Positions 10,624 to 21,113 are shown, counted from the first letter of the stretch. The stretch is 64,000 bases of DNA from Gammaproteobacteria bacterium (GCA_028279365.1 JANQNX010000014.1:143921-207920); one strand, 5' to 3'. Numbers and translations: made by a program. Notes: generated by a model from the letters alone, not told the origin.

Positions 10624-10815
10624 CTACTTGGTTAAGATTAATTTACCGTTGCCGGTTAAACGTAATTTGTATTCCTGGTTATTGTGAACAATGATGATCT
10701 CTCTCTTGCCAGACATGAGTTGTTCGCTCTCGATCCGATCAGAGATGGGGATCATTCTTTGCTGGTCATTAATTTCATTTTTCTGAATCATTATAAAACC
10801 AAGAATAATTCTCAA
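10624..10815 (-). CDS. hemP: Hemin uptake protein HemP/HmuP
   Basis: 63 aa ORF ending ...YKLRLTGNGKLILTK, the hallmark C-terminus of the HemP family. TTG start; an ATG nine codons downstream is an alternative. It is the first gene of the locus. Confidence 0.6.
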   Translation of the reverse strand: MRIILGFIMIQKNEINDQQRMIPISDRIESEQLMSGKREIIIVHNNQEYKLRLTGNGKLILTK

Positions 10816-10827
10816 TTAGAATTTATC

Positions 10828-10848
10828 TAAATAATAATCATTCTCATT
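10828..10848. promoter_or_regulatory. Putative Fur box upstream of hemP
   Basis: TAAATAATAATCATTCTCATT matches the GATAATGATAATCATTATC consensus at about 14/19 positions and lies 13-33 nt upstream of the hemP start. Confidence 0.35.
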
Positions 10849-10932
10849 TTTAAGTCAAGTCATTATTTATCTGTTTTTACTGATAATTCAGACAGGAAAC
10901 TCGACTAACGAGGGGTGGACAATCGAAACTGA

Positions 10933-12876
10933 TCAGCTGGCTTTCTTCATTATCAATTTTGATGACGAATCAATATCAAACTGTTGTTTAATGTCCAGTT
11001 GCTCTGCCGTGACAGGTTTACTAAAAATATAACCTTGACCGTATTCACAACCATGATCAATCAGGAACTTTAAGGTATCTTTATCTTCAATGCCTTCAGC
11101 AATGACGACCATCTTGAAGTTTTTTGCCATGTTGATAATGGTCTGAACCATGACCAGCTTTCTTTCATGGGTGACATCCATGAATGAGCGATCAATTTTG
11201 ATCACGTCAAACGGCAGACCATGCAGGGTACTGAGAGAACTGTAACCGGTACCGAAATCATCGAGTAATAAGCGTACACCTATCTCGGATAATTGGTTTA
11301 ATACCTTAACTGATTTCGCATCTTCAGCATAAAAGACACTCTCGGTAATTTCGATATCGAGAGAATTGGGTTGTAATGAATACTTTGATAATAAATCACT
11401 AATAAAGGCGGGTAATTGTTCATTTTTTAATTGATTGGCAGAGACATTCACCGCTACATGGAAGTTATCATGGCCGACCTCGTTCCAGTGTTTACATTGT
11501 TGACATGCCTCTTCCAATACCCATTTACCCATTTCCTGAATCAAGCAGGTTGTTTCCGCGATCGGGATAAATTCTGCAGGTGGGACCATGCCTTTTTCGT
11601 AATGATGCCAGCGAAGCAGTGATTCAACGCCGATAATTTGCATGCTGGACAGGTCAATGATTGGTTGATAGTTGAGTAATAGCTCTTCTTTTTCAATGGC
11701 GTGCCAGATGTCTTTTTCCAACGTTAGTCGATGTGAAGATTTATGGTTGGACGCACATTCGGTGAAGGTTTTATACTGATTTTTACCATTGGCCTTGGCT
11801 TCATACATTGCCAGATCGGCACGCTTTAACAGGCTGGTAGTGTCCAGTCCATCTTTCGGGCAATGTACAATGCCAATACTGGCCGATATGTACATCTGAT
11901 TACAATCAATCTTGAAAGACTTACTCAAGCTTGCCAGTATTTTTTCAGAGACCTTATGCGCATGCATTATCGAATCGGGACCGGATAATAGTAGTAAGAA
12001 CTCATCACCGCCAAACCGAGCCAATGTGTCACTTTTTCTCAGACACTGTTGCATGCGCAGCGATGCTTCCTTGATGACGTTATCTCCCGCATCGTGTCCC
12101 AGGGTATCGTTAATCAATTTAAATCGATCAAGGTCAATGTATAACATTGAGAAAGACGTGTTATAGCGAATCGCATTACGAATTTGTTTATCCAGAATTT
12201 CAAGAAACAAATTACGATTGGGAATATTGGTTAATGTGTCATAGTAAGCCAGCTTATTATTTTCATCTTTCTTTTGATTCAGCAGGTTGATTGTTTCATA
12301 GAGGCGATCGGTGTTGAGATTGATGTGTCGAAAAACCACAATACTTACCATGATGATGAGTATGGAAAACGGCACCATTAACCAAAACACCAGCTGGATA
12401 GTATGGTGGCTAATGTTATCAATTTGAGCCACTAAATTTGTCAGGTTCATTTTGAATGTGCGCAGGGCATATTCAATGGTGTCGACCATGATAATGTCGC
12501 TGATGGCATATGATTCATCACTATCCAGATCCACCAGCAGCTCTTGCAGCATCTTTTCTTCTTTAATGCATGATTGCAGTGCTTGTTGCAGATCCTGATT
12601 AAGAATGATAATCGGATTCAAACTCTGCAGTTTTTCCTGACAAGACCTGGGGTGCTGTCCAAGTGTTTGCAGTTGTTCCCGAATATCAATTTTCATTAAC
12701 GGTGACTCAGGAAAGTTGTTTAACGTCTCTGATAATTCATGCACATGATTGAGAAACGCCAGGTTGTCATTATGGATACTAATGACGTTTGACAGTTGAA
12801 TGATGGAATACATGACCGAAGACACGAACAGCGCTGTGATTCCGAGTATGAGGTGTAATCGGGATGAGGTTTTCAT
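10933..12876 (-). CDS. Membrane-anchored GGDEF-EAL c-di-GMP turnover protein with periplasmic sensor region
   Basis: Two TM helices flank a roughly 130 aa loop. GGDEF motif RFGGDEF. EAL domain has an ESLLR variant of the EAL motif together with the DDFGTG, KIDRSF and IAEGIE motifs. Confidence 0.85.
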   Translation of the reverse strand: MKTSSRLHLILGITALFVSSVMYSIIQLSNVISIHNDNLAFLNHVHELSETLNNFPESPLMKIDIREQLQTLGQHPRSCQEKLQSLNPIIILNQDLQQALQSCIKEEKMLQELLVDLDSDESYAISDIIMVDTIEYALRTFKMNLTNLVAQIDNISHHTIQLVFWLMVPFSILIIMVSIVVFRHINLNTDRLYETINLLNQKKDENNKLAYYDTLTNIPNRNLFLEILDKQIRNAIRYNTSFSMLYIDLDRFKLINDTLGHDAGDNVIKEASLRMQQCLRKSDTLARFGGDEFLLLLSGPDSIMHAHKVSEKILASLSKSFKIDCNQMYISASIGIVHCPKDGLDTTSLLKRADLAMYEAKANGKNQYKTFTECASNHKSSHRLTLEKDIWHAIEKEELLLNYQPIIDLSSMQIIGVESLLRWHHYEKGMVPPAEFIPIAETTCLIQEMGKWVLEEACQQCKHWNEVGHDNFHVAVNVSANQLKNEQLPAFISDLLSKYSLQPNSLDIEITESVFYAEDAKSVKVLNQLSEIGVRLLLDDFGTGYSSLSTLHGLPFDVIKIDRSFMDVTHERKLVMVQTIINMAKNFKMVVIAEGIEDKDTLKFLIDHGCEYGQGYIFSKPVTAEQLDIKQQFDIDSSSKLIMKKAS

Positions 12877-12998
12877 GACTCCGCTTTGGTTTTTTTATCG
12901 TATGGCGATGTATCGGCTAAAATATGGCAATCTTTACTCCCTCGCAGATTTTTTTTATTACTGGGAATAGTTTATTAGTTGTTGATTTTAATAAGATT

Positions 12999-13568
12999 AT
13001 GAAAAAGCGATGTAGCTGGTGCGGTGACGATCCGCTGTATGTGAAATATCACGATAAGGAGTGGGGCGTGCCGGTCCATTCTGACCGGAAACTCTTCGAG
13101 TTTTTGATATTGGAAGGTGCGCAGGCCGGTCTGAGCTGGATCACCGTATTGAGAAAGCGCCAGGCCTATCGGGATGCGTTTGATCGTTTCGACTTTAACA
13201 AGATTGCTCGTTATAACGAATCAAAAATCAGCCGTTTGCTGGAGAACGAGGGCATTATAAGAAATCGACTGAAGATTCGCTCTGCGGTGAGTAATGCGCA
13301 AGCGTTTATCAGGATTAGGGAAGAATACGGCAGCTTTAACAAATTCATCTGGCAATACACTGATGGTGGAACCTTACAAAACAAATGGAAGACCCTGGCT
13401 GACGTTCCGGCTAAAACTGAATTATCTGATCGAATCGCAAAAGACTTAAAAAAAGCTGGATTTAACTTTGTCGGTTCGACGATTTGTTATGCGTTTATGC
13501 AGGCAATTGGTATGGTTAACGATCATACTTTGGACTGCTTTCGTTACAATGAGATTAAAAAAAGGTAA
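12999..13568 (+). CDS. tag: DNA-3-methyladenine glycosylase I
   Basis: Collinear with E. coli Tag (CxWxxxDPLYxxYHDxEWGVP, FLxLEGxQAGLSWITVL, FVGxTICYxFMQAxGxVNDH). Start at MKKRCSWCG; the ORF track starts 25 codons earlier. Confidence 0.85.
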   Translation: MKKRCSWCGDDPLYVKYHDKEWGVPVHSDRKLFEFLILEGAQAGLSWITVLRKRQAYRDAFDRFDFNKIARYNESKISRLLENEGIIRNRLKIRSAVSNAQAFIRIREEYGSFNKFIWQYTDGGTLQNKWKTLADVPAKTELSDRIAKDLKKAGFNFVGSTICYAFMQAIGMVNDHTLDCFRYNEIKKR

Positions 13569-14298
13569 GCCCGTTTTGAATCAATCATTAAAAGTTTTGT
13601 TTCTGATTACTTTTTTCTTCATCAGTTTGTCAGTATCAGCAGAGGCTGAGTTTAAGTTCAAGCGGACGACACCGCTTGAATTGGATAATCAGTTTCTTGC
13701 TGCAATTGATGAGGAAGTCAAATTCATAATTCAGCGAATCAATCAGATCCTGCTTATCCCTGAAAATGTTGTTTTTCTATTTGGCGCAGAGGATGGGCCT
13801 TTATACGATCCTTTATTAAAACAGATTTGGATGCCTGATGACTTTACCTATGAAGTCATTGAACGATTTGAACAGGCGAATTATGTTGAGAATGAACAGG
13901 AATTGTTTGATGTCACAGTCGATGTGATAGAACACACGCTCTACCATGAACTGGGTCATGCATTAATAGACATTTTACAAATACCGATTACCGGCAGAGA
14001 GGAAGATGCCGTTGATAATCTGGCAACAATCCTGGTGATTATGACGAATGAGGAGGGTGGCGAGGTAGCATTAAGTGCTGCCGATTTATTTGATCTTGAG
14101 GGTGATGATAGACAGGAATTTACTGATGAAGACTATTGGGGCGAACATAGTCTGGATTATCAACGGTTTTATAATGCAATTTGTTACATCTACGGCAGTA
14201 AGCCAGACCAGTATCAGTATTTAATTGAGGAATTAGCTATTACCGAAGATCGAGCTGAGCTCTGTATTGAGGATTTTTTGCGAATAAGGACATCATGA
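13549..14298 (+). CDS. Secreted putative zinc metallopeptidase (HExxH; DUF4344-like)
   Basis: Signal peptide MRLKKGK...SLSVSAEA and HTLYHELGHAL zinc-binding motif. The acidic C-terminal half is also present. Start chosen at the Met that begins the signal peptide, overlapping the tag 3' end by 20 nt. Confidence 0.55.
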   Translation: MRLKKGKPVLNQSLKVLFLITFFFISLSVSAEAEFKFKRTTPLELDNQFLAAIDEEVKFIIQRINQILLIPENVVFLFGAEDGPLYDPLLKQIWMPDDFTYEVIERFEQANYVENEQELFDVTVDVIEHTLYHELGHALIDILQIPITGREEDAVDNLATILVIMTNEEGGEVALSAADLFDLEGDDRQEFTDEDYWGEHSLDYQRFYNAICYIYGSKPDQYQYLIEELAITEDRAELCIEDFLRIRTS

Positions 14299-14358
14299 AA
14301 AAAGTTATTACTGCCTCATCTCAAAGATAAGACCTTATTAAATTAAAAAGTTAATTGA

Positions 14359-15300
14359 GTGACTGTTCGACCTAAAGACTACATCATCGTTGATCAACAC
14401 TTGTATTTTGCTGTTGTTGATTATGGTATCGAACAAGGTCGGGCATGCTGTTTTTTACGATATGTCCAGGATGATAATGGCCTGCATAAACTCGATACGC
14501 AAGCTGCTGATGCGCTGATTCGTCGTCGCTACCCGCATTATCTCTTTCACAGTCAACGGGCAGATATTGAATTGCACGGTATACCACTTGATCAAGATCA
14601 TCAACATCTTATGCCGGAACAAACAACAATCTATCTTAATGGATTAGATATCTTAAATGAGATTCAAGAAAATGCGCTTACTGTGATTAGTCTATTGAAA
14701 AAGGGAGGCATCAAAACAGAGAACATCGGTATTACCGGTTCGTTGATGCTGCGTAATGAAAACGCAACATCTGATATTGATATCGTCATCTATGGCAGGC
14801 CGGTTTTTTTTAAAGCAAGAGAACTCATCAGGCAAGCAGTCACTTCAGGCCAACTGCATCCGTTAACGGATAGTGACTGGCAAGAGAGCTATCGTCGTCG
14901 TGCTTGCAGTTTTAGTTTTACAGACTATCGTTGGCATGAACAGCGAAAATGGAATAAGTGTTTGTCGGGAAAAACGAAAGTGGATATGAGTATGCTAGCT
15001 GAACATGACGAACGCATTGTTACTGACAGCAGGTATAAAAAACAACGTAGCGACTGTATTCAAGCCAGGGTGACTGACGCCAGTTTGGCGTATGATTTTC
15101 CGGCAAAATTTGCTATTGACCATGACGAAATTCGGGAAGTCCTGGTTTACACTGCCACCTATACCGGTCAGGCGGAAAAAAATGAGAGAATAGAAGCGGC
15201 CGGCGTAGTTGAGCAGAGTATTGATGGCAAACAACGATTAGTCATCGGCACCAGTCGCGAAGCAGAGAATGAATATATTCGGGTAATTGAGAATAAGTAA
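14359..15300 (+). CDS. Pol-beta-superfamily nucleotidyltransferase-domain protein, function unknown
   Basis: Central motif [23 protein letters not shown] fits hG[GS]-x10-DxD of minimal nucleotidyltransferases. About 115 aa of N-terminal extension and a roughly 160 aa C-terminal region have no recognisable family. Confidence 0.6.
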   Translation: MTVRPKDYIIVDQHLYFAVVDYGIEQGRACCFLRYVQDDNGLHKLDTQAADALIRRRYPHYLFHSQRADIELHGIPLDQDHQHLMPEQTTIYLNGLDILNEIQENALTVISLLKKGGIKTENIGITGSLMLRNENATSDIDIVIYGRPVFFKARELIRQAVTSGQLHPLTDSDWQESYRRRACSFSFTDYRWHEQRKWNKCLSGKTKVDMSMLAEHDERIVTDSRYKKQRSDCIQARVTDASLAYDFPAKFAIDHDEIREVLVYTATYTGQAEKNERIEAAGVVEQSIDGKQRLVIGTSREAENEYIRVIENK

Positions 15301-15313
15301 AACAGGAAACAAA

Positions 15314-16696
15314 ATGAAACGAAGCAAGATTAAAACATTGTTAAATGCCAGTCAGCCAGAGAACAGTGTGTTGTTAAAAGGCTGGGTTCGTACCTTACGA
15401 GAAAGTAAAAACTTTTCGTTTATCGAATTGAATGATGGTTCTTGTTTAGCCAACATACAGGTTATTGTTGATGAAGACCTTGGTAACTATGCAGACGTAG
15501 TCAAACTGACAACCGGTGCAGCGGTTACCGTAACCGGTGAATTAATTGAGTCACCCGGCAAAGGACAGAATTGGGAAGTGCGTGCTGCTGAGGTCGAAGT
15601 ATTAGGTACGGCACCGGATGATTATCCGTTACAAAAGAAACGCCACACTGATGAATATCTGCGCACGATCGCGCATTTGCGCCCGCGTTCCAATAAATAT
15701 GGCGCAATCTTTCGAATACGATCAAAGCTGTCCTATGCGATTCATCAGTTTTTTCAGGAACGCGACTTCAAATGGATTCACACGCCTATCATCACCGGCT
15801 CCGATTGCGAAGGTGCGGGTGAGATGTTTCGTGTGACAAGCTTTGATTTGGAAAATGTACCGAAACAAAATGGCAAGGTCGATTTCAATGAAGACTTCTT
15901 TGGCAAAGAGGCCAACCTGACGGTTTCCGGTCAGTTATCGGTGGAAACCTTCGCGACCAGCCTGGGCGATGTGTACACTTTCGGTCCAACGTTTCGCTCC
16001 GAGAATTCAAACACCAGTCGGCATATGGCCGAGTTCTGGATGATCGAACCGGAGATGGCCTTTGCCGACCTTCAGGATGATATGGCGTTGGGCCAGGAAT
16101 TTATTCAATACCTGGTTAACTACACGATAAATGAATGTGCCGAAGACCTGGAACTGTTTGCCAAATTTGTCGATAAGAATTTAATGACGACGCTTAATAA
16201 CATCGTCAGTCATGATTTTGTCCGGTTACCTTATACTGAGGCCATCACTATTCTCGAACAGTCGGGCAAAAAGTTTGAGTATGACGTTGTCTGGGGTAAT
16301 GACCTGCAGTCAGAACACGAACGCTTTTTAACCGAAGAACATTTTAAACAACCGGTTATCGTTTACGATTATCCTAAAGATATCAAAGCATTTTACATGC
16401 GCATGAATGATGATGAAAAAACCGTGGCAGCGATGGATATCCTGGTACCGGCGATTGGTGAAATCATCGGCGGTTCACAGCGCGAAGAACGTCATGATGT
16501 ATTAACCAGACGTATAAATGAACTCGGGTTTGATGAAGTGGATTACTGGTGGTATCTGGATACACGAAAATACGGTACCGTGCCGCATGCCGGATTTGGT
16601 TTGGGTTTTGAAAGGTTGTTAATGTTGGTGTCAGGTATCTCAAACATCCGCGATGTGATTCCGTTTCCGAGAACGCCAAAGCATCTAGAGTTTTAA
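15314..16696 (+). CDS. asnS: Asparagine--tRNA ligase
   Basis: Near full-length collinearity with E. coli AsnS (GWVRTxRxSK, [25 protein letters not shown]). AGGAAAC RBS; start at MKRSKIK. Confidence 0.9.
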   Translation: MKRSKIKTLLNASQPENSVLLKGWVRTLRESKNFSFIELNDGSCLANIQVIVDEDLGNYADVVKLTTGAAVTVTGELIESPGKGQNWEVRAAEVEVLGTAPDDYPLQKKRHTDEYLRTIAHLRPRSNKYGAIFRIRSKLSYAIHQFFQERDFKWIHTPIITGSDCEGAGEMFRVTSFDLENVPKQNGKVDFNEDFFGKEANLTVSGQLSVETFATSLGDVYTFGPTFRSENSNTSRHMAEFWMIEPEMAFADLQDDMALGQEFIQYLVNYTINECAEDLELFAKFVDKNLMTTLNNIVSHDFVRLPYTEAITILEQSGKKFEYDVVWGNDLQSEHERFLTEEHFKQPVIVYDYPKDIKAFYMRMNDDEKTVAAMDILVPAIGEIIGGSQREERHDVLTRRINELGFDEVDYWWYLDTRKYGTVPHAGFGLGFERLLMLVSGISNIRDVIPFPRTPKHLEF

Positions 16697-16768
16697 TCTT
16701 ACGATTAACACTTAAATATTTCTTTAAGATTAAATTGAATGTGTTTAATTATTGATGCGAGATTTTGA

Positions 16769-17386
16769 TTGGCCGAGCTAACGGTTTTTGGAACCGAAGG
16801 GTATCAGCAGAATATCAATCGATTTGTTGAAATCAGTCAGTCTCTGGATTTCCAAGAGGTATGCAAAGACTTTATTAATTTTTTACCTGGTAAGAACGCG
16901 CATGTACTTGATCTGGGGGCGGGCGTTGGTCAAAACGCTGCCGCTTTGGATAAACTGGGTTTTAACGTTACAGCCATCGAACCTATACAGGATTTTGTAG
17001 ATGTGGCCCAAAAAACATATACCAATACCTCGGTAAATTGGCTTTGCGATAGCTTGCCCGATATGCACTGCCTTGAAGACAAGCGAATAAAGTTTGAATT
17101 TATTTTAATCGAGGGCGTTTGGCACCACCTTGATGAAACAGAAAGAACAAAAGCAGCAAATCGATTATCTACATTAATTAGCAAACATGGTAAATGTGCT
17201 ATTTCGCTAAGAAATGGTCCTCCTGGTTTGGGCACAAAGGTCTATCCGACAGACCCGGATAAAACAGTTACATTATTTATGAATCACGGCTTTAGCTGCC
17301 TCTTTAAAATACAAAATCAGCCAAGTATCTTAGCCAATAAAGAGCAGGTTTCATGGGCTAGAGTTGTGTTCGAAAAAACTAGATGA
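16769..17386 (+). CDS. Class I SAM-dependent methyltransferase
   Basis: Motif I VLDLGAGVGQNAAAL. Apparent TTG start, so the start is uncertain. Confidence 0.55.
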   Translation: MAELTVFGTEGYQQNINRFVEISQSLDFQEVCKDFINFLPGKNAHVLDLGAGVGQNAAALDKLGFNVTAIEPIQDFVDVAQKTYTNTSVNWLCDSLPDMHCLEDKRIKFEFILIEGVWHHLDETERTKAANRLSTLISKHGKCAISLRNGPPGLGTKVYPTDPDKTVTLFMNHGFSCLFKIQNQPSILANKEQVSWARVVFEKTR

Positions 17387-17466
17387 ATCACTCTGTATTT
17401 GTAAAATACATTTCCTTCGCAAAGCGTTATCCTTAAGCGTCGCTATCTCTTTTTATCCATGACTAT

Positions 17467-18099
17467 TTAGTAGGTTAATTCCGGATCTACGCATTCGTAA
17501 ATTTGTCCAATGCTATCTTCTCGCTTAAGTAGTTGCAGGCTTAGCCTTGCGACTTCACTGCGAGTGATCAGTCCGTGAACTTCCTGGTGCTGCGATAGCT
17601 TCCCAGTATTTGTAATGTCACCATTCTTCAAACCACCCGGACGTAGAATAGTAAAATCCAGCTGACTGCTTTGAAGCCAAGCTTCTGCCAGCGATTTTTC
17701 TCTAACGGCTTTACCAAAGCCTTGCCTTGAACGCTCGGATAAATATCTCCATGAATCACCGCAGCCAAGCGATGTGATGAATAAAAATCGGGCGTGTTCA
17801 AACTGCTCCAAGGCATCAATCAGATGGCGATGCCCGATGTAATCAACAGGAACCTCGGCTTGAAAACTACCCATTGTCGAAATAGTGATGATTCCTTTTG
17901 GTAGCTTGCTAACGGTAGTAAATATCTGCTCTTTGTTAGTGGCATCACAAACCATATAATCGATGTTGAGCTCACTAATGCGTGGATTTTTATCCGGATT
18001 TCTGACGATAGCAGTGATAGCAAGGTCTTGTTCATGAAAATAGTCGAGCATAGCGGCACCAAGCCCGCTAGCAGCCCCCCATATTGCAATCTTGTTCAT
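17467..18099 (-). CDS. NAD(P)H-binding oxidoreductase (NmrA/YwnB-like atypical SDR)
   Basis: N-terminal GAASGLG dinucleotide-binding motif; 210 aa. Confidence 0.65.
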   Translation of the reverse strand: MNKIAIWGAASGLGAAMLDYFHEQDLAITAIVRNPDKNPRISELNIDYMVCDATNKEQIFTTVSKLPKGIITISTMGSFQAEVPVDYIGHRHLIDALEQFEHARFLFITSLGCGDSWRYLSERSRQGFGKAVREKSLAEAWLQSSQLDFTILRPGGLKNGDITNTGKLSQHQEVHGLITRSEVARLSLQLLKREDSIGQIYECVDPELTY

Positions 18100-18256
18100 A
18101 CATATATCTCTTTATAGTAACAGTAGTAAATAGCCTGCATTATTTATTGCTAATTGACCAGCCTCGATAATGTAGAACCATGTTTAATCTCGTAGAACCT
18201 ATCAAGACAAACATATAACCGATAGTATTAATGACACTCTTTTGTATTAATAACGC

Positions 18257-18275
18257 GATAAAGATTGTCATGATA
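18257..18275. promoter_or_regulatory. Fur-box-like element upstream of small membrane protein gene
   Basis: GATAAAGATTGTCATGATA matches the Fur consensus at 14/19 positions, 32 nt upstream of the 18307 start. Weak. Confidence 0.25.
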
Positions 18276-18306
18276 AGATAAAGGCGAATATTAACCGGGT
18301 TCGTTA

Positions 18307-18687
18307 ATGCCTCCATTATTACTCTACGCCTTTATTCTTTTCACTGTTGCGCTGGTGTTGTATACCGTCAGTGTCTGGAGCGAGAGGTATCAGAAGCGTT
18401 TGAAAGTCTGGCACCTTGTTGTATTTGGGCTTGGTGTTGTTATCGATATGGCCGCTACCTGGCTAACTATCGAGTTTGTCGGTGCAGTAGTATTCACGCC
18501 GCATGCGATATTTGGTTTCACTTCTCTGTTTCTCATGGCCTTGCATTTTGTTTGGGCGGTTGCGGTCTATATTGGTGATAGAGACGCTGGCAAGAGGCAG
18601 TTCCATCGCTTCAGCATATTAGTTTGGTCGATTTGGCTATTGTCTTATACCACTGGTCTTGTAAGTGGTATGCAAAGGATCATATGA
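18307..18687 (+). CDS. Small integral membrane protein (4 TM), unknown function
   Basis: 126 aa with four predicted TM helices, divergent from the 17467-18099 gene. I could not confirm the family from sequence. Confidence 0.5.
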   Translation: MPPLLLYAFILFTVALVLYTVSVWSERYQKRLKVWHLVVFGLGVVIDMAATWLTIEFVGAVVFTPHAIFGFTSLFLMALHFVWAVAVYIGDRDAGKRQFHRFSILVWSIWLLSYTTGLVSGMQRII

Positions 18688-18803
18688 ACAAACGACTTAT
18701 TTGGCTTACTAAAATCTGAATATTGAATTTAATTTAGTCATCTCTTTCTAACAGAGATATTTTTCAAACAATAATGCCGATTCCATTTTAGAACGCAATC
18801 CAG

Positions 18804-19661
18804 ATGAAAACTTTTTTATACACTGCACTCGCGCTTTTTGCGTTTGCAGGTAACTCTATACTCTGTCGGCTCGCATTGGGCGGTGAATTAATTGATGCAG
18901 CGAATTTTACCGTGATTCGCTTACTGTCTGGAGTTTTTGTGCTAGTCATCATTTTCTCCGGAACAAAAAAAGATACCAGTGTTAAAACAAAAGGAAGTTG
19001 GAAGGCATCTATCATGTTATTTGTTTATGCAATCACATTTTCCTATGCCTATCTGTCTTTAGAGACCGGTGCGGGCGCGTTAATTCTGTTTGGTGCTGTA
19101 CAAATCACGATGATATTAATGAGTCTGTTACAGGGTAATAAACTATATAAATCTGAGTGGTTCGGTGTCGTTGTGGCTTTTGCTGGCTTGGTATATCTGG
19201 TGCTGCCGGATTTAGGATCGCCTTCACTGGTAGGTTTTTTACTGATGACTATCTCGGGTATTGCCTGGGGTTTTTATACTCTGGTTGGAAAAGGCTCCAA
19301 AAATTCATTGAGTGATACGACATATAATTTCTCGCGCACTTTGCCATTTGTGGCCATTCTGCTTGCGATCACATTTCAACTTACTGGCTTATCAATACAA
19401 GGCATAGTCCTGGCGGCGTTGTCAGGTGGTGTTGCCTCTGCGATGGGTTATGCTATCTGGTATAAAGCGCTTAATGGACTGTCGGCAACGCAGGCAGCGG
19501 TTGTCCAGTTATTGTTGCCTGTGATTGCAGCCGCTGGCGGTGTGTTATTTGCTAACGAAGCCTTGTCTGTGCGATTGATAGTCTCATCGCTCATCATTTT
19601 TGGCGGCATATTGACGGTGGTATTAGGCAGACAATACGCCATGCAGCAAGCTGCGAAATAA
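18804..19661 (+). CDS. EamA/DMT-family transporter
   Basis: 285 aa with roughly 10 TM helices and a duplicated EamA-type architecture. Confidence 0.75.
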   Translation: MKTFLYTALALFAFAGNSILCRLALGGELIDAANFTVIRLLSGVFVLVIIFSGTKKDTSVKTKGSWKASIMLFVYAITFSYAYLSLETGAGALILFGAVQITMILMSLLQGNKLYKSEWFGVVVAFAGLVYLVLPDLGSPSLVGFLLMTISGIAWGFYTLVGKGSKNSLSDTTYNFSRTLPFVAILLAITFQLTGLSIQGIVLAALSGGVASAMGYAIWYKALNGLSATQAAVVQLLLPVIAAAGGVLFANEALSVRLIVSSLIIFGGILTVVLGRQYAMQQAAK

Positions 19662-19757
19662 ACCAGTGAAACTTATGATTAAAATACACACACACAAAAT
19701 TGCAGTTGTCATGATGATGTTACTTATCATATCGGCCTGCCGAATCGATAATACTAT

Positions 19758-21113
19758 TCAAGCGACGGGTGGTTTTTTAACGGAAGAAACCGAGACCTTA
19801 TCAAAGTAACGCTGCATTTCTTTCACAACGCGTTGCGAGAGTATTAATGTTGTCATCAGTGTAGGGAAAATCATCAAGGCAAACATGCAGTCAATAATGT
19901 TGATAATGGTGTCTTGTGTCCATAACGCGCTGATGGCAATGACGATGAGATAAAAACCTAGAAACAGAGTATTGCTTTTCTTGCCAAACAAATAGCGTGC
20001 ACATTTCAAGCTGTAATAGGTATAGGTAAGCATGGTTGATAGCGCAAATAATCCAAACACCAGATAGACAATCAGATTACCGATGCCGGGCAGGGAATGA
20101 TTAAAGGCGTTGGCAGTTAACAATATGCCACTAGTTTCAGCAGACAGACCGCTACTCAGAATGACCAACGCAGTACAGGTGCAAACAATATGAGTATCGA
20201 AAAATGGTCCCAACATCGCGACCAGTCCTTCTCTGACAGGTTCACGGGTTTTGGCAGTGCCGTGTGCCAAGGCTTCCGTACCGACCCCGGCTTCATTGGA
20301 AAATATCGCTCGTTTAATGCCGGTGACCAATACTTCTTTAAATACCAGTCCGGTCGCGCCGCCGACTATTGCCTCTTGTCCAAACGCCGCGGTGAATATA
20401 CTCAGGAAGATACTTGGGATTGACTGCCAGTTGATCGCAATGACGATTAAACTGCTGATGACATACAGTAAAAACATGATTGGTACGATGTAGGCTGTGA
20501 CATTACCGACGCGCTTCACGCCACCAATCAAGATGATACCGATAAAACTGGCGGCCATGATACCGGTCATTAATGGCTCAAGGGATAATTCGGTTTGTAA
20601 CAGGCTTGAAAGTTGATTGATTTGGAATAGTGGCATACAGCCTATCATGCCTGCACCGGCAAACACGACAGCCATTGGTTTGAATCTCGGGCCGAGCCCC
20701 TGTTCAATGAAATACATTGGCCCGCCCTGCTCGATATTGTCTTCATCTTTCTTTCGATACAGACAGGCAAGAGTGCAGGTAAAGAACTTGATGACCATGC
20801 CAAACAGACCCGCCATCCACATCCAGAATATCGCTCCTGCTCCACCCATGTTGATAGCAATCGCCACACCGGCAATATTGCCCATGCCAATGGTGCCGGA
20901 TAAGGCAACGGTAAGCGCACGAAAATGGGATAGCTCGCCGGGGGCATCATGCTGATCGTCACGTCCGCGCAGCAATTGCAGGGCATGCAGAAAGCCGGAG
21001 AAGGGTGTCAGTCGGGAGATAACTGAGAAGTAAATCCCAGTGAACAGGATAAACATCACCAGCGGTAATCCCCACAGTATATCCACACTGGAAGCCCAGA
21101 ATTGTTCGAACAT
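19758..21113 (-). CDS. agcS: Alanine/glycine:cation symporter (AGCS family)
   Basis: 451 aa with AGCS family signatures (GGPGAIFWMW, ...). Confidence 0.85.
   Translation of the reverse strand: MFEQFWASSVDILWGLPLVMFILFTGIYFSVISRLTPFSGFLHALQLLRGRDDQHDAPGELSHFRALTVALSGTIGMGNIAGVAIAINMGGAGAIFWMWMAGLFGMVIKFFTCTLACLYRKKDEDNIEQGGPMYFIEQGLGPRFKPMAVVFAGAGMIGCMPLFQINQLSSLLQTELSLEPLMTGIMAASFIGIILIGGVKRVGNVTAYIVPIMFLLYVISSLIVIAINWQSIPSIFLSIFTAAFGQEAIVGGATGLVFKEVLVTGIKRAIFSNEAGVGTEALAHGTAKTREPVREGLVAMLGPFFDTHIVCTCTALVILSSGLSAETSGILLTANAFNHSLPGIGNLIVYLVFGLFALSTMLTYTYYSLKCARYLFGKKSNTLFLGFYLIVIAISALWTQDTIINIIDCMFALMIFPTLMTTLILSQRVVKEMQRYFDKVSVSSVKKPPVA

Noticed and set aside
14359-15300. CBASS-type CD-NTase interpretation of the 313 aa nucleotidyltransferase
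   Set aside because: There is no adjacent effector, Cap or HORMA-like gene. The neighbours are a secreted HExxH protein and asnS. The NTase motif is mid-protein with unassignable flanks. This is insufficient to call a defence system.
19675-19809. 44-codon ORF (MIKIHTHKIAVVMMMLLIISAC...) with lipoprotein-like signal and an adjacent (CA)5 microsatellite in the EamA/agcS convergent gap
   Set aside because: Its 3' half is antisense to the last codons of agcS, and there is no RBS. A lipobox-like Cys alone is weak evidence, so it is most likely spurious. The (CA)5 run is too short to call a repeat feature.
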